Positions 39,079-48,518 are shown, counted from the stretch's first letter. The stretch: 64,000 nucleotides of DNA from Minisyncoccota bacterium (GCA_039927695.1 JBDSUM010000017.1:1631-65630), one strand, 5' to 3'. Numbers and translations are program-made. Notes: generated by a model not told the origin, from the letters alone.

Positions 39079-39843
39079 ATGAAGATTGTTTCATGGAATG
39101 TGAACGGACTACGTGCCGTGCACCGCAATGGGTATTGGGAAGCTTTTCTCCGTGGTACCAAACCCGATATTTTTTGTTTTCAGGAAGTAAAAGCCGAACC
39201 GCAACAACTGCCTGACGAGGTACGAGAAGTGGCCGGCTTTTCTTCTTTCTTCTCCCCTTCTCTAGGCAAGAAGGGATACAGCGGCGTGGCGTTGTATTCA
39301 CGGGTTGAACCCCTGAAAGTTATATATGGAATGGGAATAAAAGAATTTGATGACGAAGGTCGATTAATTGGCGCAGAATATGAGGATTTCTGGCTTTTAA
39401 ATATATATTTTCCCAATGGCGGACGAGGTCCGGAACGACTAGATTTTAAACTTCGATACTATGAATCATTTTTAGCTTTCTGCGAAGGGCTGCGCAAAAG
39501 CAAACCTGTTATTTTCTGTGGAGATATAAACACAGCACACTTCCCCATTGACCTCGCTAGACCTAAGGAGAATCAGAATACAACAGGCTTTTTACCTATC
39601 GAACGTAAATGGATGGATGAGCTACTAGAGGCAGGATATGTTGATACATTCCGCCATTTTTATCCACAACAGAGCGAGATATACAGTTACTGGGATACTT
39701 TTACGCATGCACGTGAACGAAACGTTGGTTGGCGCATTGATTATTTTTTTGTTGTAAAAGAATTTCTTAAACATATTAAAAAGGCTGAGATTCATACTGA
39801 AATATATGGATCAGACCACTGCCCTATTTCAATAACACTCTAA
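39079..39843 (+). CDS. xth: exodeoxyribonuclease III
   Basis: MKIVSWNVNGLRA start. EEP nuclease motifs GDINTAH and SDHCPI. Confidence 0.9.
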   Translation: MKIVSWNVNGLRAVHRNGYWEAFLRGTKPDIFCFQEVKAEPQQLPDEVREVAGFSSFFSPSLGKKGYSGVALYSRVEPLKVIYGMGIKEFDDEGRLIGAEYEDFWLLNIYFPNGGRGPERLDFKLRYYESFLAFCEGLRKSKPVIFCGDINTAHFPIDLARPKENQNTTGFLPIERKWMDELLEAGYVDTFRHFYPQQSEIYSYWDTFTHARERNVGWRIDYFFVVKEFLKHIKKAEIHTEIYGSDHCPISITL

Positions 39844-40191
39844 AGGACACTTATCCCCATAGATGTCCTTTACTATGTCCTATACCAGCGTAGTATCAAT
39901 TAAAGACGGGGAGCGGCAAGGACTGTGAAGTATTTGCCGGTTCTCGAAATCGGCTGATCTTTGTGAGTTCTTTGTGCGAAATATCAGGCGCGCTTGTGTG
40001 GAAGCACTATACTCAGCTCACCCGTTCGGGAGGATTCCCTGAAAATTAAGCGAGCTAGACCAATAGAAAAGGTTCCACATGAAACCGCAACAATAAAAGC
40101 TTTCAGGACAATCTAAAGTACTAAGGATCACCAATTCCTTTGCCCCAAGCTCCCAATTTGGTCCTTAGTCAGTCCCATCTAGCTTAAAGCC

Positions 40192-40248
40192 AAGAGGCCG
40201 TGCAGAGCGATTTCAGTTGACTGGAATCCCTCTTCACGGCCTCTTTTT
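40192..40248 (+). terminator. strong hairpin terminator ending a candidate ncRNA
   Basis: AAGAGGCCGTG / CACGGCCTCTT 11-bp stem with a 32-nt loop, followed by TTTTT. Confidence 0.5.
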
Positions 40249-40281
40249 ATAGTATATGTTGCTAAGTATAAGCTTAACAAC

Positions 40282-40309
40282 AAAAAACGACGTAAGTACG
40301 TCGTTTTTT
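40282..40309. terminator. bidirectional terminator
   Basis: AAAAAACGACGTAAGTACGTCGTTTTTT. Confidence 0.5.
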
Positions 40310-40378
40310 GTTGTTTCACGTGAAATACGTCGCTGAAACAGGCACTATTCCTTTTCACGTGAAACAGGCAAAGAAACT

Positions 40379-41842
40379 TTAACAAACGTGATGTTTATCT
40401 AGAATCTTCTGTATTTCCTCTTCCTCCTTCTCTTCACGCTTCTTTTTCCCAATATCGCCTAGTTTCTTAAGGTTTTCGTCAGTTAACCCTAACAGTGAGG
40501 CCGATTGAGCGTCCAAATACTCCTCGGTGTTTCTCGTAGGATCCTCAAGAACTTCTTCCAGCAGCGCATTTAATAGCCATCCTAGCCGTGGACCAGGTTT
40601 CATGTGGAACTTCTCCATTATGTGAGCCCCGTCAGTTTTGAGCATTGCTACTGAGATTGGATCACGTAGTGCTTCCTCAACCATTGCCTTGTATTTGCGG
40701 AACCTAAAAGGCTGTTCCTTAGGACGTCCTGTACCTATGCGATCGCATATACGTAGATTAAGTAAATCCCATATATTCTCCTCGCCAACGTTACGAATCA
40801 TACGGCGAACGGCTGAAAGGGTAATCTGGTCAGGATCAGAGAAGAACATGTGCCAACGCACCATTTTAGTCACTTTTTCAATAGTTTCACGTGAAAATTT
40901 AAGATCCTCAAGAGCCTTTTTTGTTACACGAGCGCCCACAACTTCATGACCATGGAATGTCCAATCATTCTTCTTTGGTTCCCATCTGCGGACTTCAGGC
41001 TTAGAAACATCATGAAATACTGCTGCTAAGCGAATATCAAAACTCCACTCCTTATCTGCTGCGTGCTGAAGGGAACGCATTAGATGACCAAAGACGTCGA
41101 AGCTATGAGCTTGATTTTGTTCGATACCTATTCCTCGAGTGAGGTCCGGGGCTATGTATTCTAAAAGACCTAATTGCTGAGCCATTACTAGCGCCATCAT
41201 AGGCTGGCTTGAATTAAGGATACGAACAAATTCATCCCGTATACGCTCTTTAGAGATATGGCCAAGATTGGCTGCTTTCTGTTGAATAGCTGCAGCAGTC
41301 TCTGTATCAAGTGCGAATTCAAGTTCAGCAACCAGTCTAACTGCACGCATTAGACGCAATGCGTCTTCTTCGAATCGCTCAGAAGGAACTCCTACCGTGC
41401 GCAACACCTTGAGTTCAATGTCCCTTTGTCCTTTATACGGATCAATTAACTGTCCTTTAGATTCGTCATATGCGATTGCGTTAATAGTGAAGTCTCTACG
41501 AGCGAGATCTTCTTCAAGGCTCTGTCCGAATGTAACGGCATCAGGTCTGCGTTTATCGCTATACACGCTCTCGGTACGGTAGGGAGTTACTTCAATGATT
41601 TTAAGTCGCTCATCATCAGTTTCACGTAGAACACCGACGGTTCCAAAGTCGTTAGTATAAAAGGAATCAGGGAATATACGCTGTATATCCTCAGGCTTAG
41701 CGTTTGTAGTGATGTCCCAGTCCTTTGGACGACGATCTATTAACAGGTCACGCACACAACCACCAACCAAGTAGGCTTCAAAGCCCTCGTTGCGAAGTCC
41801 TTCGGCAACATCGCGTACTTCTTTGGGGACACGGAATTCCAT
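40379..41842 (-). CDS. cca: CCA-adding tRNA nucleotidyltransferase with HD domain
   Basis: GGCVRDLL...DWD polymerase-beta head motif. HD-domain-like C-terminal half. Confidence 0.85.
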   Translation of the reverse strand: MEFRVPKEVRDVAEGLRNEGFEAYLVGGCVRDLLIDRRPKDWDITTNAKPEDIQRIFPDSFYTNDFGTVGVLRETDDERLKIIEVTPYRTESVYSDKRRPDAVTFGQSLEEDLARRDFTINAIAYDESKGQLIDPYKGQRDIELKVLRTVGVPSERFEEDALRLMRAVRLVAELEFALDTETAAAIQQKAANLGHISKERIRDEFVRILNSSQPMMALVMAQQLGLLEYIAPDLTRGIGIEQNQAHSFDVFGHLMRSLQHAADKEWSFDIRLAAVFHDVSKPEVRRWEPKKNDWTFHGHEVVGARVTKKALEDLKFSRETIEKVTKMVRWHMFFSDPDQITLSAVRRMIRNVGEENIWDLLNLRICDRIGTGRPKEQPFRFRKYKAMVEEALRDPISVAMLKTDGAHIMEKFHMKPGPRLGWLLNALLEEVLEDPTRNTEEYLDAQSASLLGLTDENLKKLGDIGKKKREEKEEEEIQKILDKHHVC

Positions 41843-41922
41843 TACCTAAATACTAGTACGCTGCTGTGCTTTCGCCTAGCGTGTAGTACAGTAGCTAATA
41901 CGGCAGCAAAGCAAAGCCGATT

Positions 41923-41994
41923 GCCCCTGTAGTGAAATGGATATCACAACAGTCTTCGGAACTGTCGTTCCAGGTTCGAATCCTGGCGGGGGCA
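41923..41994 (+). tRNA. tRNA-Arg (anticodon TCG)
   Basis: Cloverleaf folded by hand: acceptor GCCCCTG/CGGGGGC, D GTGA/TCAC, anticodon stem ACAGT/ACTGT with loop CTTCGGA, T CCAGG-TTCGAAT-CCTGG. No encoded CCA. Confidence 0.8.
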
Positions 41995-42035
41995 CTAGAA
42001 AAAAGGGAAGTACCTGTGCTATAGTTCTTCCCGTA

Positions 42036-42109
42036 GCGGATATGGTTTAGTGGTAAAACACGTCCTTGCCAAGGACGAATCGGGAGTTCGATTCTCCCTA
42101 TCCGCACCA
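42036..42109 (+). tRNA. tRNA-Gly (anticodon GCC), CCA encoded
   Basis: Acceptor GCGGATA/TATCCGC. Anticodon stem CGTCC/GGACG with loop TTGCCAA. T-arm GGGAG-TTCGATT-CTCCC. Confidence 0.8.
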
Positions 42110-42116
42110 GTCAGAT

Positions 42117-42137
42117 AAAAGCCCTATAGGGGCTTTT
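42117..42137 (+). terminator. terminator hairpin after the tRNA pair
   Basis: AAAAGCCCTATAGGGGCTTTT. Confidence 0.5.
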
Positions 42138-42150
42138 ATCGTTGTGGATC

Positions 42151-42669
42151 CTACTTTTTGTCTCTCTTCTTAATACTGATACCGATACCTGCATTTTCAG
42201 TAACGTAGACAATAGCATTGCTAAGTAATGCAGGGTCATCTTTAAACTGACCGATTCCAATATTACAGTTTGAACACAGGAGGCCTCGAACGACCATGGT
42301 CTTATGACAATGATCTAGGACTGGTCTCTTCATTGGAACGCGGCATATGCCGCACAAGCCATTCTGTCGTTCAAATAACTCTGCATATAGCTGTCTATAA
42401 GGTCCTGCAGTACCAAACTGCTGAGTCAGCTTTTTATCTTCTAGACATTGGACGCAACAAGTTCTATTTTCAGCAGCAGGTCTTTTGGTACAACTTGGAC
42501 ATATCCCGCGAGCTTTAAAATCTGCCTTTCTTTTTCGTTGGTATTCTAAAAAATGTTGTCTTTGCGCCTCTGTTCTCCAGTTATTTGCCATGTATTGAAT
42601 ATACCACAGTCTGAGTTTGTGGAAATGCAAACAGGGGAAAAGTCTGTTAGTAGTGGGGATAACGGACAT
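42151..42669 (-). CDS. endonuclease VII (phage-type Holliday junction resolvase, HNH-like) domain protein
   Basis: GLCGICRVPM...VLDHCHKTMVVRGLLCSNCNIGIGQF matches the Endonuclease_7 signature. The true start may be the internal Met at 42591. Confidence 0.65.
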   Translation of the reverse strand: MSVIPTTNRLFPCLHFHKLRLWYIQYMANNWRTEAQRQHFLEYQRKRKADFKARGICPSCTKRPAAENRTCCVQCLEDKKLTQQFGTAGPYRQLYAELFERQNGLCGICRVPMKRPVLDHCHKTMVVRGLLCSNCNIGIGQFKDDPALLSNAIVYVTENAGIGISIKKRDKK

Positions 42670-42747
42670 ACGTCTTAGAAAGAATTCAGAAGAATTTTAG
42701 AATTATCAACTGATTCCTTCAGCAACTAAGCCATATTATTTAAGGTC

Positions 42748-43143
42748 ATGAATCTTAGTAAATCTTCACGTAAAGACATTGGAAACTTAGGAGAACGTGT
42801 AGCGGCAGAATACCTGCGCAGGCTTGGCTTCTCAATAATAGGAAGGAATATTGCTTTTAAAACTGGTGAGCTCGATGTCATGGCTCTAAACGAAAATACA
42901 CTGCATATTGTAGAAGTTAAGACTGTCGTATGTGTAGAATTTCCAAATTTAGAATCTCAAGACAGCGGGTACGATCCCGCATGGAATCTGCATCCATATA
43001 AGATACGCAAAGTTCGTAGGACAGCAGAGTGGTATGTGGCAGATAAAAACTGGGAAGGGGAGTGGCAAATTGATGGCGCTCTCGTGTGGCTACGTCAGAG
43101 CGATGGTATGGCTCGAGTCCGCTATTACCCGCAGATTGTATAA
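42748..43143 (+). CDS. YraN (UPF0102) family endonuclease
   Basis: GNLGERVAAEYLRRLGFSII...ELDVMA...IVEVKT motifs. Confidence 0.7.
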   Translation: MNLSKSSRKDIGNLGERVAAEYLRRLGFSIIGRNIAFKTGELDVMALNENTLHIVEVKTVVCVEFPNLESQDSGYDPAWNLHPYKIRKVRRTAEWYVADKNWEGEWQIDGALVWLRQSDGMARVRYYPQIV

Positions 43144-43222
43144 ACACATAGACCTTATACGAAAACCTGGTAGGATGAGCAAAACAGGGGACTCAGAGCT
43201 ATCTGCAGTCCACTCTGTCATT

Positions 43223-43296
43223 CGGGGTGTCGTATACCGGTAGTACGACTGCTTTGGGAGCAGTTAGACGGGGTTCAATTCCCCGCACCCCGACCA
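43223..43296 (+). tRNA. tRNA-Pro (anticodon TGG), CCA encoded
   Basis: Acceptor CGGGGTG/CACCCCG. Anticodon stem ACTGC/GCAGT with loop TTTGGGA (G37). T-arm CGGGG-TTCAATT-CCCCG. Confidence 0.75.
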
Positions 43297-44921
43297 ATTG
43301 AGACATTAAGAGCGCAAAGCTCATCAAAGGGTGAACAAAGCTTTGCATTTACTACTTCTTTTCCTTGAATTTCAAAGTTCAAGTAGATTTTTCGCAATAT
43401 ATAGTCCTGCTCACTCAACTTCTTTAATGAACGTATATTCTTTGCCATGTTTTCCATAAGTTCAAGGAAGTCGCCATAAGCAAGTACATCAGACTTTCCA
43501 ATCTCGGCCTCGATACGCTTTTGGGCTATGGAATTTTCAATCTGCTTTATCTCAGAGCCGGCCCTGTCCAGATCGTCCTTAAATGTCGATTGAATGCGCT
43601 CATCTGCAATATTATCGAGTAGCAAATTCTTCGTCTTTTCGTATCTGCTCTCTACGATCCGCTTTTTGCGTAATAGGTTTGCAAGCTCAGTTCTTGCAGT
43701 AGAACTTCTCTCATCAGAAACATGTTCCATTTCTTTTAAATAATGCTTATAGGAAGCGGTAGATGAAAAAGGATTCTTTGCAAGAAATGCATATACGTAA
43801 TCAAGTATCACCTTTGCTCTTATAGATTTACCATACATATCACAATCGTCTGTTTCGCATCGGTAGTAGAAGTAATTAGTTTTCTTACCAGCTTTATTAA
43901 CCTTTGAGGTAATTCCAGCAATCATAGATTCCCCGCAATCCTTACAGATAATCATGCCGCGCATCAAGTCAGCTTTAACGTTCTCCGTGGTCCTAAAGCG
44001 GCGTGCAAGCTTACTAATTTCAGAGGTACGAGACACTTTATTTATAGCCATGAATTCTTCAACAGATACCATGGGTACAAAATCATACGCTTGAGTTAAA
44101 TCTACTTTCTGTTTTCCGTATATAACTACGCCCGCATAAAAAGGATCACGAAGTATCTTATCTATTTTCTGAGCAGTCCAATGAAAAGGGGAGTGACTAC
44201 TATCACTATTAGATCGCTCATATCCCATTTTATTTAAATAGGAGGCAATCTCTGAATAGGTTTTCTTATCACGACGCATTAGAAAGGCCTCTTTCAAAAG
44301 GATAAAATTATCCTTGTCTGGCCAAAGAAACTGATTTCTATCTTTATAATATCCGTGTTTAGGCCTGCTGATATATTTTCCTTCAGCAATGCTTCTTCGG
44401 TTTCCACGATTAACATTATCGCTAAGACTGTCTGAATATTGCTTTGATAGAACGAACGTCATACCTAGTAGCATTTTTCCACTGGTACTATTTTCAAAGG
44501 TGAAGCTTACAAACTTCAGATCTTTAATAATGTGTTTATCGATAAGATCAATCACCTCGCCCGCATCTTTCATGTTCCGAGCTAACCGATCGGGATGCCA
44601 AGCGATAATTCCGTCATATTTCTTAGACTTCACTCCATCAAGCACCTCTCTGAATCTTGGTCGAATATCAGGCTCCTTTGCTGATTCTGATTCTTCGATT
44701 ACCTTAACAACCTTGAGTTTTAATTGTGCAGCCAAATGCTCACACTCACTGATTTGGTCAGCGAGGGAACGTATCTGCTTTTCAGCATCATCAGTAGATT
44801 TTCTTACATAAATAACGTAACGATACGTTTGGGAAGCGTCGTTGTTATCGGCCTTTTGAAAGCCCTTTAATAGTTCAAATAATTGTTCTGTGGTCTGAGG
44901 GTCGTTCATTAGGCTAATCAT
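43275..44921 (-). CDS. large serine recombinase (phage-type integrase)
   Basis: N-terminal resolvase domain YVRKST...SLADQ. Recombinase domain and Cys-rich zinc ribbon CKDCG...YYRCETDDC. The 3' end overlaps tRNA-Pro by 22 nt. Confidence 0.85.
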   Translation of the reverse strand: MISLMNDPQTTEQLFELLKGFQKADNNDASQTYRYVIYVRKSTDDAEKQIRSLADQISECEHLAAQLKLKVVKVIEESESAKEPDIRPRFREVLDGVKSKKYDGIIAWHPDRLARNMKDAGEVIDLIDKHIIKDLKFVSFTFENSTSGKMLLGMTFVLSKQYSDSLSDNVNRGNRRSIAEGKYISRPKHGYYKDRNQFLWPDKDNFILLKEAFLMRRDKKTYSEIASYLNKMGYERSNSDSSHSPFHWTAQKIDKILRDPFYAGVVIYGKQKVDLTQAYDFVPMVSVEEFMAINKVSRTSEISKLARRFRTTENVKADLMRGMIICKDCGESMIAGITSKVNKAGKKTNYFYYRCETDDCDMYGKSIRAKVILDYVYAFLAKNPFSSTASYKHYLKEMEHVSDERSSTARTELANLLRKKRIVESRYEKTKNLLLDNIADERIQSTFKDDLDRAGSEIKQIENSIAQKRIEAEIGKSDVLAYGDFLELMENMAKNIRSLKKLSEQDYILRKIYLNFEIQGKEVVNAKLCSPFDELCALNVSIGRGAGN

Positions 44922-44956
44922 AGCTCTATGAGCCCTAATTTGCCTCGTGTGGGGCC

Positions 44957-45160
44957 TTAACGGCTTCTGCTCTCCACTAGTTGCTCAGCTGTAATAACTC
45001 CTCTAGCGGATGTCTGATTTAGATTGGCCATTGTGTCCCTAACTTCTAAAGATGAATCCATAATGGAAAGGAAACTAATGCCACTTATAATAAACAGAAT
45101 AACGACGACTACGGGCGTGGGAATTGATACCTTGGCCCAATTTTTGTTTTCAGTATTCAT
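44957..45160 (-). CDS. small membrane protein
   Basis: 67 aa with one TM helix. Sits upstream of the recombinase. Confidence 0.3.
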   Translation of the reverse strand: MNTENKNWAKVSIPTPVVVVILFIISGISFLSIMDSSLEVRDTMANLNQTSARGVITAEQLVESRSR

Positions 45161-45899
45161 ATTTTGCTTGATTGGTCTTTAATACCCGCTAGGTTCTGGA
45201 CACAAAGAACCCGCCACGGGTCCCCAGCATTGCTGCCAGGCATACCGGTTTCCCGATATGGCCAATCAAGCTACCCCATGACGGGTTCTTTATGCTTGAT
45301 TGGGCTTGCGACCATATCTCCTGTTGCCAGAAGGGTTAGGTCATTTTATTCGATTGTGTCCTTGCTCAGCATACCTTTTACGTAGGCATGAAACCAGTTA
45401 AAAAGGTTGAAAAGTACCCAAAAACTGTTTTGCCAGAATTAAGTTATCGAGAATATAAGCCAGATTTTCTACCTAACTTTTAATAGTTTTCGGAGCTCTC
45501 CTTTTTAGAAAACACCTCAAGAAGTATCCTCAAGATCACTGATTTTACCTGAGAAAACTATTGTGAAGAATTTAAAATAACCAAGGATATAAGGGATTTT
45601 TGCATACCGACATAGCCTAGTTTTCCCGACTTACCGTTTAATGCCTCAGGCTCCAAATGTCGAGTAATCTAATTGCTATACGGAGGATAAATTTTATAGT
45701 GCGCTCTCTCCACAGTGTCATAAATATTAAACAATATAAACTATAAGAAGAAAGGCCGCGTCTTGCGACACAGCCTTTCCAAATATTATCTTCGTACGCT
45801 AGTTGATTGCCTGGCAAGGCTGCTGTCGTACGATGACCTTGGACACCTTTCTATAATACGATAAGGATCTGAGGCAAACGTGCTTTATACACATTAGTT

Positions 45900-46187
45900 A
45901 TGGCTATTAGAATAACTTGCATTAATAAGGATTCCGGAAACCATGCCAATCGTCACACTGCGATTAGTCGTCTTGGTTGGATTCAAGATGGCACCTCAGA
46001 CAAGAAGTACAACACTAGGCTCGAGATGTATGACTTTGTTAAAGATGGTGGTAGGGCATATGTGCTTGATAGCCAGGGGGACAAAGCGTATCTCATGACA
46101 GCTATTACAGTTGGAGGTACAAAATACGTTAAGACCGTCGCAGATGAGACACGGGCAGATAACCTGCTTTCTCTTCCCGAATGCTAA
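45900..46187 (+). CDS. DUF3892 domain protein
   Basis: MAIRITCINKDSGNHANRHTAISRLGW...YVKTVADETRADNLLSLPEC matches DUF3892 members as I recall them. TATAAT and an AAGGA RBS lie upstream. Confidence 0.55.
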   Translation: MAIRITCINKDSGNHANRHTAISRLGWIQDGTSDKKYNTRLEMYDFVKDGGRAYVLDSQGDKAYLMTAITVGGTKYVKTVADETRADNLLSLPEC

Positions 46188-46208
46188 AGCGTTAGGAAAT
46201 ACGGTATG

Positions 46209-46241
46209 AATAAGGTCCTCGGAGTTTCCGAGGACCTTATT
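46209..46241. terminator. bidirectional terminator
   Basis: AATAAGGTCCTCGGAGTTTCCGAGGACCTTATT perfect hairpin. Confidence 0.6.
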
Positions 46242-47142
46242 CTTTATCAGGATGGACCGACTTTTCTATGATTTCTGCCAATCCATCAGGAAGTGATGCA
46301 TTCTTTCGCTGCCTCTCAGTAAGGTAATTTTCATCAGATATCACCCGTCTCCCAGTTTGCAGTTCAATCTCCTGTCGAGCTTTACCAGCAATACCACCTC
46401 CACTTTTAGAAGCCTGGAGATTTTCAAACATTCCCTGGGAATTTCTGACTTTTGCAATTTCTGTAGTAGCTTGCTCCCCAAGAGTGGTGAGAGTAAGTTC
46501 GATTGGAGTCATGTGGTCACGCAATGGTTGGCCTGCCAATCCTTTTATCTCCTTATGCTTAGAGGTCTTCACCCCGAAGGTTTCTATTGAAATCGCATCG
46601 GTCAAAATAGCATATTGTTTTCCTTCTATTCCTCTTTCTTTCCACTCTAACTCGAGCTTCCCGCGCGCAGCCTTATTTTGAATTCGGGCCTCAATCCAAT
46701 CAGGTGGATATCCCTTGGCCGCGTAATAGGCCATAGCGCGAGTTATGGCGAGTTCTGGGTTTGCTATTTCCTGTATGCGCTCAAACCCAACCTTAGCTAA
46801 CCATTTTTTAAAAGCTTCTGATTTTTCTCCCGTAGTAACAGACTGCATCAAACGGAAGATACCTTCAATATTTATGAAAGTTGTCTCTTGAAGACCGCGA
46901 TTCGATTGGTATTTTAAGGTCCTCGTGATTTCCGAGTACCTTTCATTCAGTCCCGGGTCCTTTTTTCTTAGATCAGACGCATACCGAGTACCATCTGTTG
47001 TATCTGTAAGAGCTTCAAGAACATCCTTTACTGAAAACCACCACTCCCCACCATCAAATACTTTTCGCACCTCTTTAGTTTTAAAGAGATCTATTTTAAA
47101 CTCACCGTCCTTTGCAAAGGGTAATGTAGGCTGTTCTCCCAT
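46237..47142 (-). CDS. BRO-N domain protein (phage antirepressor-like)
   Basis: FKIDLF..VRKVFDGGEWWFSVKDVLEAL...GLQETTFINIEGIFRLMQS...AFKKWLAKV follows the Bro-N pattern. ATG at 47142; the ORF-track start is TTG. Confidence 0.55.
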   Translation of the reverse strand: MGEQPTLPFAKDGEFKIDLFKTKEVRKVFDGGEWWFSVKDVLEALTDTTDGTRYASDLRKKDPGLNERYSEITRTLKYQSNRGLQETTFINIEGIFRLMQSVTTGEKSEAFKKWLAKVGFERIQEIANPELAITRAMAYYAAKGYPPDWIEARIQNKAARGKLELEWKERGIEGKQYAILTDAISIETFGVKTSKHKEIKGLAGQPLRDHMTPIELTLTTLGEQATTEIAKVRNSQGMFENLQASKSGGGIAGKARQEIELQTGRRVISDENYLTERQRKNASLPDGLAEIIEKSVHPDKE

Positions 47143-47213
47143 TAATCGTATTGTATCAGAGCTCGAACACAAGGAGAATTTAGCAACAACAGCCTCTCAA
47201 TAGGTTCTAGACT

Positions 47214-47242
47214 TGACAATATTTATTATATGTACTAAAATA
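47214..47242 (+). promoter_or_regulatory. near-consensus sigma70 promoter (TTGACA-17-TAAAAT)
   Basis: Read directly. GGGAG RBS 9 nt before the ATG at 47289. Confidence 0.45.
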
Positions 47243-47288
47243 CACTCAGCCGCTCTTTGGCAACACAGTCTATACAGGGAGTCACCAA

Positions 47289-48239
47289 ATGCGTCGCTAT
47301 ATGCTCATAGCCGGCCTTATTATCATCACCGCACTCTTCTTCGGATGGAACCACTTCCATTCGATGACGGACGTGGACAACCTCGTCGTCGCGACGATGC
47401 CCTATGTCGCGGACAATGGCGACATTGTCGTTACCGGCAACCAAATGGCCAACCAGCCGCTGCCACAACCGACCGGCATCCTGCCGATCTGGCTCTGGCT
47501 GCTCGCCATGGCAGTCTGGTACTTCCTCTGCTGGATCAACATCGTGAACGAATGGGAGCGCCGCCCGGTGCTGCTGTTCGGCCGCTATGTGAAGACGCTC
47601 GGCGCAGGCCTCGGCTTCGTCGAACCAATCTTCTACAGCACCCTCGACGACGTGCCCGTTCAGGACATCGTCATCGAGGTCGAGGTGCCCGAGGTTCAGA
47701 CCAAGGACAACGTGGGTATCGCCCTCACCGGCGTTCTCACATATCGCATTAGCGAAGATCGGGTCAAGGACTCGGTCGTCCAGGTCGAAGACGTCTATGA
47801 CAGCGTGCTGGAGCGTTCCTTCTCCACGCTCACCGACGTCGCCGCGACCAACGAGCTCGACCAGCTTCTCGAACATCGTGACGCGTTCTGCATTGCCATC
47901 ATGGCGAAGCTTGCAGAACGGGTCGCTGGCTGGGGCGTGGTGGTCAACGCGTTCGAGCTGAAGTCCTTCAGCATCAACGACGAAGCGGTCGAGCAGGCAA
48001 TCGCCATGAAAGCTCGAGCCGCCAAGGAAGGTGCGGCCGAACTCGTTCGCGCTGAGATGCAGGAGAAGATCGCGGAGGCACTCAACAAGGCCGCCACGAC
48101 CTACACCGAAGAAGGGCGCTGGCTCAAGGGAACCGAGGTCATGCTCGAACTGTGCCGCTCTGGCCAGAACAACACGATCCTCATCCCGACGGACATCACC
48201 GAGTCGCTCGCCAAGCTGCGGCCCCTGATTTCCGGCTGA
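47289..48239 (+). CDS. SPFH/band-7 (stomatin/prohibitin-like) membrane protein, GC-rich foreign-looking CDS
   Basis: N-terminal TM. SPFH core INIVNEWERRPVLLFGRYVKTLGAGLGFVEPIF. GC content and GC3 far above the surrounding genes. TGA stop. Confidence 0.75.
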   Translation: MRRYMLIAGLIIITALFFGWNHFHSMTDVDNLVVATMPYVADNGDIVVTGNQMANQPLPQPTGILPIWLWLLAMAVWYFLCWINIVNEWERRPVLLFGRYVKTLGAGLGFVEPIFYSTLDDVPVQDIVIEVEVPEVQTKDNVGIALTGVLTYRISEDRVKDSVVQVEDVYDSVLERSFSTLTDVAATNELDQLLEHRDAFCIAIMAKLAERVAGWGVVVNAFELKSFSINDEAVEQAIAMKARAAKEGAAELVRAEMQEKIAEALNKAATTYTEEGRWLKGTEVMLELCRSGQNNTILIPTDITESLAKLRPLISG

Positions 48240-48266
48240 AGCACTACCAAGATTGTTGCAAAACCT

Positions 48267-48304
48267 ATACCCACCAGAAGTAATTCTGGTGGGTATATTC
48301 TTTT
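48267..48304 (+). terminator. rho-independent terminator
   Basis: ATACCCACCAGAAGTAATTCTGGTGGGTAT plus T-run. Confidence 0.6.
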
Positions 48305-48346
48305 AAATCAACTCACTATCCCTATAGTTCAAGAGAATCTATCTAT

Positions 48347-48505
48347 ATAGAATCTTCTTGTCCAAGAGTAATAACTTCGCCGTCATTACTCATCACTTGC
48401 TGACTTATTTCCTCAGGAGGCGCATTATCTGGTGTTTCCGGAGCTTCTACTGGTAATGCTTCTACCACGTCTGTGAAATTATCTTTTTTGTGTTCATCCA
48501 TATAT
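48347..48505 (-). CDS. possible small acidic protein (52 aa)
   Basis: Manual translation: MDEHKKDNFTDVVEALPVEAPETPDNAPPEEISQQVMSNDGEVITLGQEDSI. Below the track cut-off. Confidence 0.2.
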
Positions 48506-48518
48506 TTGTAGTTTAGCA

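Noticed and set aside
38883-39161. 92-aa minus-strand ORF
   Set aside because: Spans the xth start region. The short plus-strand TM ORF at 38878-39009 has an RBS, so it was preferred.
41895-42107. 70-aa minus-strand ORF
   Set aside because: Overlaps both the tRNA-Arg and tRNA-Gly genes.
47235-47876. 213-aa minus-strand ORF
   Set aside because: Antisense within the GC-rich SPFH gene. Long spurious ORFs are expected in high-GC DNA.
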